Shown one piece after another: positions 24,405 through 34,264 of a stretch of 42,180 nt of DNA. Source of the DNA: Basidiobolus meristosporus CBS 931.73 (taxonomy: Eukaryota; Fungi; Basidiobolomycota); assembly GCA_002104905.1 (NCBI GenBank), contig MCFE01000721.1:1-42180 (forward strand). The letters run 5' to 3'. Numbering within the stretch: the stretch's first letter is position 1; every line of letters begins with the position of its first letter. A program made the translations under genes and the position numbers. The notes under the pieces are model-generated. The model saw nothing but the letters and a program-made list of their open reading frames with translations, did no database searches and was not told the origin of the DNA.

Positions 24405-26599
24405 CATGTCAGAGCAATTTGCCTTGAAAGCTGGAATCAATTTGGAGCCCACCAAATCAACTTCAGTCTCAGCAGCTGATGAGAACTCTCACATAATCAA
24501 CCCTACTACTCAGCTAGTAAGAATGATGATCAATGACAATGAAGAAGACCTACAAAACTATATATCTGGGAACTGCATGTTTGACCTTTTACTTGCAAAA
24601 AACCTTGCTATTTTTTTGTAATCCATCAATCAACTGGAGAATCTATGCTGCTCAGAGCCAGAAGGAGAACAAGACCTATGAGCTATTACCTGCCACACTG
24701 AATTTTAACTTGGTCAATCCCAGTGTGTGTGAAACAAGTGAATGGAGCAAGACACAATTCTGTAGGGCACTTAGAAAAGGTACCCAGATGTTCTTCATGG
24801 CAGCATTACAGGAGGATTCCTCTACTCCAGCACCCCAGATGATCCAGACTCTTTTGAGGAAATATTCAGACATATTTCCAGATGACCTTGTAAGCCAACC
24901 CTCACTTAGAGACATGGATCATGCCATTGACACAGAAGATAGCCCCCTAGTGAGTAAGATGCCATACAGAATGAGTCCTTTGGAGTTGGAAGAGATAAAG
25001 AGACAAATAAATCAGTTATTGGAGCAGGGATACATCAAACCTGGCAAGTCACTGTGGGGATCACCAGTATATTTTGTGAAAAAAATGGATGGAACATGTA
25101 GTATGTGCAGTGAATAAAGAGCCCTCAACTCAGTTCCTGACAAATAGGTACCCCATACCTTGTATTGATGAGCTCTTGGACCAACTCAATGGAGGCACTA
25201 TATCCAGCAAGATTGGCCTGGTGTCAGGATACAACTAGATTAGGGTGAGACCAGAAGATATCCCTAAGACAGCATTCAGAACAAGACATGAACATTACAA
25301 GTACTTAGTCATGAGCTTGGCCTTATCAATGCCCCTGCAACATACATGTCATTAATGCAGATAGCCTTCAATAAATACTTAAATATGTTTGTGGTAATCT
25401 ACCTGGATGACATATTGATATACAGCAAGACAGAAGAGGACTACTTGGTGCACATTAAAAGGTCTTCAGGAAGCTAAGAGAGAACAAGAAACATGGCAAG
25501 CTATCAAAGTGTGAATTCTTGAGGAACACATTGAATACCTTCAACACATAGCAACTGGCACAGGAGTGATATTAGACCCCAAGAAGGTTGAAGTCATGAA
25601 GAATCTGACACAGCCATATATCATATCAGAACTTAGATCACTCCTTGAAATGGCTTTCTATTATTGAGATTTGTCAAATCCTATGCAAATAGTACAGCCC
25701 ATTAACTAAGTGCAGCTGTTGGATATTAGTACCAATTGACCATGTCACTAAATGACCAGTGGCTAAAGCTGTACCTGTAGCCAGTAAACAAGGGGTTACA
25801 TGCTTCAGCTACCATAAGATCCTTATGAAGTTTGGATGACCTGTGGAAACATTGTTTGATAGAGGAGCAAGCTTTATGGCTAGAACATTGTAATCTTGCC
25901 TGGAAATGTGCCAGATCAAACACTTGAAAAACTCAGCATATCACCCTAGAATCTATGGTGTCACTGAGCATTAAATGGATTATTTGGAAAAATGCTGACC
26001 AAGTCTGAAAATAGAGCTGTAAGTGGATAGGACAAGTATATAAGCTAAGCACTCACTGCCTGCAGAGTCAGAGTGCATAATCCCACCCAATAATTGCCAT
26101 TTTACTTAGTGTATGGATGTGAACCCAGAATCACAAGAGATCTCACACAGCCAAAGTTTACAGATGCCTTAGATGATGATCTCAGTCAGAAAAGTAGACA
26201 CCAGGAACTGGAACAATGATGTTAAAAGGCACAGGCCAAAGTATGTCAAAGTGCAGAAAGGATGAAGCAGAGATTTGATAAGACTATATCACCAGAAGCA
26301 TTGACAGTTGGGAAGTTTGTATTGCTGAGAAACAAAATCTGGAAGATATTTGAGACACAATGAACAGGACCACTCAAGATCCCCATTGAATGTCCATTTG
26401 CAACTCACAACTGGTGGACAAGCAAGAGAATATCTGGGAGGATTTAGTTGATAAAGATAGAATCAAGCTTGCAAGACCTGATGACAATACTAAACCATTG
26501 AGATAACAGTATCACAAGAAAAGTGATTCAAAAGATCCCTGTCAACTTTAGAAGGGAGGTATGTTATGATTTACGGCTTGAGTATTTAAATGAGAACTT

Positions 26600-26840
26600 T
26601 ACCACAAAAAAAGACAAGCAGAAGCTGTGAAAATGGAAATAGATGCCATGCAGTAGAATCCTGGTTCAGAATAATGCAAGAAGAGAGGTGTTTGTTTCAG
26701 CCACCACAAGCATGGGCATAACTCAAAGTACTGCCCTCAGAGATGAGATGGACAGCAGTTGACAGGAACCTTCAATCATATTAAAGCTCAAGCACATAGT
26801 GAAGTGCAGGATTAACTTGAAGAAGACCTAGAACTCAAAA
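26600..26840 (+). mobile_element. Isolated gypsy gag zinc-knuckle fragment
   Basis: Homologous to G1 ~32890-33120 (atggaaatagatgc...aagtactgccctcagaga). Confidence 0.8.
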
Positions 26841-27117
26841 TTTTTAAAAAAAATACAATAATATTCTAATATTTAAGATGTTGAACAATATTTTATAGCA
26901 TTATCAATAACCACAGCTTCTATCTCACAAATTTGTTTTTGTAATGTTGGATATACATCAAGTTTGGATACTATATGACAGGTGAAAAAGTCTTGCAAGC
27001 ACATGCTGTTTGCCTTTGGTTAAAGTTGATATATACAGTTAAACCGGCATACTATTTTGAGTAAATAAAAATTGGTTTAGACTGTAAAAATCTTTGGTGC
27101 ACCATATATTATATACT

Positions 27118-27849
27118 AGACTTGTTCTGTTGGATAGTGCCACATTGAGCCATGAGTGCCAAATGATGCCATAGTGTGCCAGGGAGGCCAAGTGAGCCTA
27201 CACTTGGCCACAGAGTGTGAAACATAGATCTGCATCTTCATGCAAAGCAGCCCATGTGTTTCACTTATTGTGATGAAGAAAATCCATTTTTTGACTTTTT
27301 TTTAGGTCAATGATGTGCAGGATGTGCAAGAGCACTAAAGGATTGAAGATATACATCTGGTACTCAATACCCATGGCACTCTGGATCTAGCTCCTGTGGC
27401 TTGTAACATGTCACAAAAATGCATGGCACTATCTTGGTCCACTGGTACTATCAGGCACTATATTTGGATATTAGCCCTAAAGTAAGATCAATACAAAGCA
27501 CTTATAGTGCAAAATAGTACCAGTGGACCAAGATAGTGCCATGCATTTTTGCGACATGTTACAAGCCAAAGGAGCTAGATTCAGAGTTCCATGGGTATTG
27601 AGTACCAGAGGTATATCTTCAATCCTTTAGTGCTCTTGCAAATCCTGCACAATATTGTTCCACAAAAAACCATCAAAAAATAGATTCTCTCCTGCATCAC
27701 AGGTGAAACACAGGGGATGCTTTGCATGAAGATGCAGATCTATGTTTCACTCTCTGTGGCCAAGTATAGGCTCACTTGGCCTCTCTGGCACACTATGGCA
27801 TCATTTGGCACTCATGGCTCAATGTGGCACTAGCCAACGGAACAAGTCC
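27118..27849. mobile_element. Palindromic DNA transposon copy F2 (732 bp)
   Basis: AGACTTG...CAAGTCC; ACT TSD (27115-17 / 27850-52); ~345-bp arms around a 42-bp spacer. Confidence 0.93.
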
Positions 27850-28294
27850 ACTTGCTCTATAACATTATCATCATCTATGGGTGGAAATCTGACTGGTATC
27901 ATTGGAATACACTCATCATAATGTAAGCAAAGCTCATTTAAGTTCTTGGGATTATTTACCCATCTTTTGGTACCATCTGTTTTTATTACTACCCCATTTT
28001 TGTTAAATGCATTGCCAAGCAGTTGTTGTACAGATTTGAGTATATATTTATCTAAGTCAGTCATTTATCCAAATTGTGGTACAATACATATATAAAATGA
28101 TGTTGCTACACATCTTATAAAATTTACAACATCACATATAATTTTATTATAAATCAATTCATATAAACCTACAGTGATATACATTGTCAAACGCCTATCA
28201 GCATCATCAGCATCAAGTGTAATACATTGTAAAGTAACTAAATTTACTTTATCACCAATTGGGAATGGATTTTGTAAACCATCAATGTGTAATT

Positions 28295-28666
28295 TGTGGG
28301 TTATTACTGACTGTACTTGGTGAGTGGGACAGCTTGTAGGTCTAGTAAGTACCACTTGGTTTAGAATAGCTTCCAATAGAAGGTAGCAAGGTAATAAAGA
28401 CTTGAGTTTATCCTGTCCAAATCTTGTTGTGCTCTCACTTGGTTCAATTGGATATATATATCACTTGGAGGGGCTTAGATAATAGACAATGTGCTATAAA
28501 ATAGGGGTGTGAACACCTTCCTGTTTTGATAAGTGTTCAAATTAGATAAGGGCAGGAATAGGAGGGAGGACACATGGGGAATCATAGGGAGGATACTGGG
28601 GGACTTTTGGTAGGACTCTGGGGAGAACTTTTGGGCAATAAGTGGGTACAACATTTAGTATTCACA
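28295..28666. mobile_element. Solo LTR of the G-rich family (372 bp) inserted in the GTPase gene
   Basis: TGTG...CACA; 5-bp TSD TAATT (28290-94 / 28667-71); homologous to 24059-24404 with a ~25-bp insertion. Confidence 0.93.
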
Positions 28667-28869
28667 TAATTGTCCTTGATATAACATAGATGCTACAGTA
28701 GATTTGCCTACACCAGTTTTTCCCAATGATATAATTTTTTGTCTTTGTTTTTCCATTATGTATACTAATTTACAATATATATTTACAAAAGGTGCATCAT
28801 TGAAATATGGTTTGTCATATATATTTATAATACATAAGGATTACATAAATTGACATGAATGCTATATTT

Positions 28870-29110
28870 CTGGGTAAAAGACAATTGAGTCCAAGTACAC
28901 AACATTAGGGCAATAGGCAATAGGGCTTTCATCAACAATATGGTAGAGTGTTTCATTCTGTACCATAGGTTTGCTGGCTGACCCTTGATAATCTTCTTGA
29001 TATCTACATTGATCCCAATTGGAATGTATTGGTCCTCCAAGTACTTTTGTAATTAGCCAGACCAATCTAATTCATGCATCAGGCTGCAATGAGCAACTTC
29101 TTCTAGTCTT
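28870..29110 (-). mobile_element. Gypsy RH/IN-linker fragment
   Basis: Homologous to G2 ~40170-40400 (ggcaatagggct...gtagagtgtttca...ataatcttcttgatatc). Confidence 0.8.
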
Positions 29111-29628
29111 GATAAGGGGTCAGTAACCATATTATTTCACCCAGGGCAGTCCTGGAATAATAGACTATTTGGTATCATTAAGCAGCTTGCAATTTACTTA
29201 ACAAGTCTAGACTAGTCTTGGTCACTGTAGGACTAATTTACAGCCCTAACTTTGCCAGCTTCTTCAGATCTATGATCCTATGCCCTATGAAAAGTAATAT
29301 GGTCCCACAGGTGGTTCTAATTCAGATCAGCCATAAGGGTCCCATTGTGAGACCGTTATAATACCAGCAGCTTGGAATTAGTGACCCTTTTAACAATCTT
29401 ATAATGGAATCATAATGGTGTTTTGCTATATTTACTACCAAATAAAGGAATAAAGCTTGACAAGATTTGATTGGTGCTGTGATAGTAATTGCATGGTATT
29501 ATTGCGGTCTTTTTGCGCTCTACAGCTATTTTAAGTGTATCCAAACAGTCAGATATTAAATTATCTTATATGGCAAGAAACTTGACGGTATTTTGATGGC
29601 CTCTCAGCAAGACCCTGATGGCATTATA

Positions 29629-29949
29629 TCAGCAGTATGACAGCCTACACCTGATTTGCTTAATGCTACCATACCAACTTACCAAATGGTATTTCCTTTT
29701 TCTCCCTTCCCTTGTGCAATTCATATACTCCACTGAAGAATCACCCCTCTGTATTGGCTTACCCACTACTACCTTAGTATTCCACATATAGTTTGAATCA
29801 AAAAAAACTATGGCCTCCTGCTTACTAACCTCTACAAATATGCACACCTGCTGCAATTGACATACTTCTATCACCTCAAATATACAGCTTTTTAGTGTAA
29901 TACTTGTTGCAAAAAACCTTGTATTGCTGGTAACATATACATCTTGCAA
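29629..29949 (-). pseudogene. Possible chromodomain-bearing integrase C-terminal remnant
   Basis: VEYMNCTREGRKRKYHLVSWYG resembles chromodomain VExIxxxRxxxxxxxYLVKWxG, preceded by FEVIEV. Confidence 0.3.
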
Positions 29950-30237
29950 ACATATGCCTGGTTGTTGCAGGAATGATTATGCATAAAATATACACAGTAT
30001 GGGCCAGACATGTCTGTTTGTGCCTCAACTTTGGGAACCAAAGAGATTTTGAATGAGTTTTTGCCTCAAATGGCTAATGTGTTAAGTGATATATTAGTTC
30101 AGCTCAGTGGCTTCCAAGAACAATATACACAGGAATCATTCAGCCAACAGTCCCAGAGTATCAGACCAAGGATAGGTGAATACCTTGAGGAATCAGAAGG
30201 TGAGCTTCAAGAGGAAGAATACAGAATGTAAGCAACA

Positions 30238-30828
30238 GTGTCTAGATTGCAAAAGCACTCCTTGCTGGATTTCTTACCATCCCTTGCAACTTCAGCTTGC
30301 TGGTGCACATCAGTTCTAACTATGCCAACACCCTTCACAAGGGTGCCCTGCATTGAGTCAACGCATGCCAGGTTAACACACAGGCTTCAGAGCAAAACTT
30401 CCAGAGCTCACCATACTGCTCATTTAGACATGAGTCCATTGGAGCGGGCCAAGCTGTGTCAACAAGCAGCATCACATCAAACTCAGCCAAGAGCCATGCC
30501 AGAGCTTCAAGTTGCACCTTTACATGCCATGACATCTGACCATCAGCAAGTTTCTTCCGGTGAACTGACTGATGATGACCCACATGAAGTGCCTCCACCA
30601 CTAGAGCCTTTGACAAGTAAAAGAATGCGTCAGCATGTAGCACTCCAGGCCAGCTCAGTAGCATCAGCTGGAGCAAGTAAGTGTGGCCAAGCTGCAGCAT
30701 TTCACTCATCAACCAGGAGGCAAAATACTGACTACAAATACACAAGTAGCCAAGAGGATAGTCAGCAAGGAAGTAGCTTAGGTGTGCAAAGTGAATCACT
30801 ACCAAATACTTCATTAGTAACCCTGTGA
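30238..30828 (+). other. Orphan 196-codon S/Q/A-rich ORF of unknown nature
   Basis: Open frame in a GC-richer island; no recognisable motif; an antisense ORF overlaps it. Confidence 0.2.
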
Positions 30829-31139
30829 GAAAAAAACCTATGAGAAGATGAAGCAATTGCATTGAATTACTATTATTTGTCATGATCCAAATAGCACATT
30901 TTTTTATGCAATCCAAATCAAGCCATTGCAAATCAGCGATCACTAAATTTTTGATATAAGTAACATCAAGGTTGTCTCACATTTGAAACAGAACCCCTAA
31001 AAAAACACTCTGCATATAAATATATCATCTGTTGCCCCAGTGCAGATACTAGATCTGTCTTGCATCTATTTGATTGGTTGTGTGCTAGCTATAACACCTT
31101 GTCCAATCACTAGGATCAGGGATTTACTTGCTTAATGGG

Positions 31140-31560
31140 CAAAATGGGATATTTGATGGCAAATCAGGTAGCTAGTGTATTGGTCAAAGAGCCAATTGGG
31201 GGCTGACAGCTTCAGGATTCTTTAGGACCAATTAACTGCTGAGATACCATCCAATTGGATTGATGGTAACCAAGATGGTAAGTATCAGTATAACCCATAG
31301 TGTGATGTGCATTTATTTCCATTTACATGAAAGAAACATATTCAAATACCAGATTTTACCTATCATTATAGCGGTATCCAATTGCACATGTGATGCAACA
31401 TTACATGTTGGCACAATCATCCGTGCCAACCTCATTGTGTCAGATTGTGCCATAGTGTGCAAGATTATCCCATGCAGTGTAAGATTGTTCAAGAGCAATC
31501 CTGCCTACTGGTAGCTATAATATAGCACCTGGTTGCTCTTAGAGACTGTGGATTGCGCCA
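31140..31560 (+). mobile_element. Ancient gypsy-type RT/RNase H remnant
   Basis: TCDATLHVGTII (cf. TDASxxGIGAVL), VRLFKSNPAY (cf. SRxLxxxExNY), upstream LQxxLGxIN-like. Confidence 0.4.
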
Positions 31561-31589
31561 TGCACCCTGGCAAAATACAATGGAACAAG

Positions 31590-31782
31590 TAAGTTATGTA
31601 GCATTTAATTGAATAATAATGATGCAATTAAATGGGTCATCAGCCACTACCTAGATTGGGAAATACAATTAGTCAGCAGTTGATAAGGTAAAATGATAAT
31701 AAGCAGCTGCTGGAGCATTAATAGAGTCCAGTTCCAGTTTTGGCAGGTACAATACTAGCTAAAATTCCTTTTCCTCTACAAC
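31590..31782 (+). repeat. Older gypsy-family LTR split by G1 (continues at 36941-36963)
   Basis: Homologous to the R/U5 half of the LTR; ...CCTCTACAAC | CAACTCTATCAAGGCTTGTAATA rejoins a U5 end. Confidence 0.88.
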
Positions 31783-32150
31783 TGTTATGATCTGCTGCTT
31801 GAATGTCTAAGTTAGATCAGTTTTTAGTCAAATCAATTAGTATATGTTTAGGTTATCAGTATATCAGTATTATCTATGAAATCAGTAGCATTAGTCAGCA
31901 AATGAATCAGCAGATCCTTATCAGACAGAAATAGATATATTAAGTAGGATCTTATTGGGTGATGATGATGCAATCAAATGAGTCATCAGTCACAACCTAC
32001 ATTAGGAAATACAATTAGTCAGCAATTGATCTGGCAAAATGTATATAAGGAGCTGCTGGAACCTCAATAAAAATCAGTTCAAGTTTTAGTGAATACAATA
32101 CTAGCTAAACTCCCTATTCCTCTACAACTCTTATACCAAGACTTGTAACA
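31783..32150 (+). repeat. 5' LTR of G1
   Basis: TGTTA...TAACA; TATATAA ~32043; AATAAA ~32066. Confidence 0.97.
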
Positions 32151-32151
32151 T

Positions 32152-32160
32152 TGGTAGCAG
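32152..32160 (+). promoter_or_regulatory. PBS TGGTAGCAG, complementary to the 3' end of a tRNA-iMet (...CUGCUACCA)
   Basis: 1 nt after the LTR. Confidence 0.75.
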
Positions 32161-32208
32161 CAATAACCAGAAACCTCCCCCCTGAAGAAAGAAGAAACCA
32201 CCCTCAAG

Positions 32209-33561
32209 ATGTCGGAAAATCAAGAATGGAAGAATGCCATGCAGCAAATCCTGGCCCAACAGCAACAGTTACTCCAGATCCTCAGCCAACAGCAACAAGG
32301 AATGACTACCATGGCTCAGAACCAGCAAAGCCCTGTTAAGAGCAACTTTAGTGTGAAGGTCAACCGGTACCATGGCAGAGTCAATGAAAACCTGGGAACT
32401 TGGCTCTTTCAGATTGAAGAAGCTTTTAAAGCCAAAGGAATTGCTCCAGAAAGCAAGTTGCATTATGCAGCTTCTTACCTGGCAGATGCAGCTTTACAGT
32501 GGTACCATAACAAGATCAGGTCAGCCACTATGATGGGATGCTCTACAATCTCTACCTGGGATGAGTTTGTGTCGGAAATTCAGGATGCTTTTGAACCTCC
32601 ACACCAGCAGACACTACTAAGAAGGAAGTTAAAGACACTCAGACAGAAAGGAATGGTGCAAGAATACATATATGAGTACAGATGTCTACTTGGACAAATT
32701 GAAAGAATGGACCCCTTATATCAAGTTGAATACTTTATTGATGGGTTGAAAGAAAGAACTTGCGAGGAAGTGAATTACCAAAGACCTCAGACTATTGAAG
32801 AAGTCATCAAGATTGCCATTGACTATGACTCAGCTATGTTTGGAGCTGGGAAGCCTACAGTGACTAATCAGAAAGGCTACAATCATTATGAAAGAAGACA
32901 ATCAGAAGCAGTACCAATGGAAATAGATGCTATGCAGAAGAATCCTACCTCAGAAGAATGTAAGAAGAAAGGACTTTGCTTCAATTGCCACCAGCAAGGA
33001 CATATTGCAAAGTACTGCCCTCAGAGAAGAAATGGACACCAGCCAACAAGAACCTTCAACCATATTGAGTCCCATGAACACAGTAATGTGGAAGATGAGC
33101 TTGAAGAAGACTCGGAACTCACCTTCCATATGACAGAAGAGTACTTGTCCCAAATGACCTCAAACTCAGGGAAGTTATTGTACTTGAATGGAGTAATCAA
33201 TGGAGTACCTGCCAAGATCATGATTGACTCAGAAGCATTGCATGAGTACATGTTGGAGCAATTTGCCTTGAAAGCTGGAATCAACTCGGAGCCTACCAAA
33301 TCAACTTCAGTCTCCACAGCTGATGGGAACTCTCACATAATCAACAATATTACCCAGCCAGTAAGAATGAAGATCAATGACTATGAAGAAGACCTACAGG
33401 CTTATATATTTGGGAACTGCAAGTTTGACCTTGTACTTGGAAAAACCTGGCTATTTTGTCGTAATCCATCAATCAACTGGAGAACCCATGCTACTCAGAT
33501 CCAAAAAGACATCAAGACCTATGAGATATTAGACTTGTTCCGTTGGATAGTGCCACATTGA
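32209..33561 (+). CDS. gag: gypsy Gag-protease (450 aa; last ~9 aa and stop supplied by F3)
   Basis: Retrotransposon gag, CFNCHQQGHIAKYC knuckle, protease IDSEA (DSGA decayed). Confidence 0.88.
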   Translation: MSENQEWKNAMQQILAQQQQLLQILSQQQQGMTTMAQNQQSPVKSNFSVKVNRYHGRVNENLGTWLFQIEEAFKAKGIAPESKLHYAASYLADAALQWYHNKIRSATMMGCSTISTWDEFVSEIQDAFEPPHQQTLLRRKLKTLRQKGMVQEYIYEYRCLLGQIERMDPLYQVEYFIDGLKERTCEEVNYQRPQTIEEVIKIAIDYDSAMFGAGKPTVTNQKGYNHYERRQSEAVPMEIDAMQKNPTSEECKKKGLCFNCHQQGHIAKYCPQRRNGHQPTRTFNHIESHEHSNVEDELEEDSELTFHMTEEYLSQMTSNSGKLLYLNGVINGVPAKIMIDSEALHEYMLEQFALKAGINSEPTKSTSVSTADGNSHIINNITQPVRMKINDYEEDLQAYIFGNCKFDLVLGKTWLFCRNPSINWRTHATQIQKDIKTYEILDLFRWIVPH

Positions 33562-34264
33562 GCCATGAGTGCCAAATGATGCCATTGTGTGCCAGAGAGG
33601 CCAAGTGAGCCTCCACCTGGCCACAGAGTGTGAAGCATAGCTCCGCATCTTCATGCAAAGCAGCCCCTGTGTTTCACCCATTGTGTTGGAGAAAATCCAT
33701 TTTTTGACCTTTTTTTTTAGATCAATGTTGTGCAGGATGTGTTAGAGCACAAGCAGATTGAAGATAGGCATCTGGTACTCAATACCTATGGCACTCTGAA
33801 TCTAGCTCCTGTAGCTTGTATCATGTCACAAAAATGAAAGGCACTATCCTGGTCCACTGGTACTATCTGGCACTATATTTAAATATCAGCCCTAAAGTAA
33901 GATCTATACAAAGCACTTATAGTGCCAGATAGTACCAGTGGACCAAGATAGTGCCATTCATTTTTGTGACATGATACAAGCTGCAGGAGCTAGATTCAGA
34001 GTGCCATGGGTACTGAGTACCAGATGCATATCTTCAGTTCTCCTGTGCTCTTACACATCCTGAGCTACATTGATCCACAAAAAAAGGTCAAAAAATGGAT
34101 TTTCTCCTGCGCAATGGGTGAAACACCGGGGCTGCTTTACATGAAGATGCAGAGCTATGTTTCACACTCTGTGGCCAAGTATAGGCTCACTTGACCTCTC
34201 TGGCACACTATGGCATCATTTGGCACTCATGGCTCAATGTGGCGCTATCCAACGGAACAAGTCT
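33531..34264. mobile_element. Palindromic DNA transposon copy F3 (734 bp) inserted in G1
   Basis: AGACTTGTTCCG...CGGAACAAGTCT; ATT TSD (33528-30 / 34265-67); empty site GAGCTATTACCTG in G2 (~41895-41907 on -). Confidence 0.96.

Larger units (their letters stand above)
22603..26590 (+). mobile_element. Old gypsy copy G6 with 5' LTR, degraded gag-pol, ~0.9-kb deletion of RH/IN N-terminus near 25705, and 3' LTR truncated after ~28 bp
   Basis: Colinear with G1; ORF remnants 23437-23790 (gag) and 24533-25117 (RT N-terminus, [11 protein letters not shown]); PPT ~26550-26561. Confidence 0.93.
27039..28756 (-). pseudogene. AIG1/GIMAP-like TRAFAC P-loop GTPase pseudogene split by a solo LTR and palindromic element F2
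   Basis: Removing both insertions plus one TSD each gives 606 nt in one frame: MEKQRQKIISLGKTGVGKSTVASML..., with Walker A GKTGVGKST, G2-like VT, decayed G3 (YITVG) and FG*MT (GRxT-like); one internal TAA at 28065-67. Confidence 0.72.

Noticed and set aside
27819-28376. ORFs 27819-28064 and 28065-28376 as separate small genes
   Set aside because: They are pieces of the GTPase frame, with ends borrowed from the inserted LTR and F2.
33880-33921. CCCTAAA / TTTAGGG telomere-like heptamer in the hairpin spacer
   Set aside because: Single unit only; expected by chance.
15834-34264. Repeated GTGCC units read as a CRISPR-like array or rRNA/tRNA
   Set aside because: No constant repeat with unique spacers and no RNA-gene motifs; TIR and TSD structure explains them.
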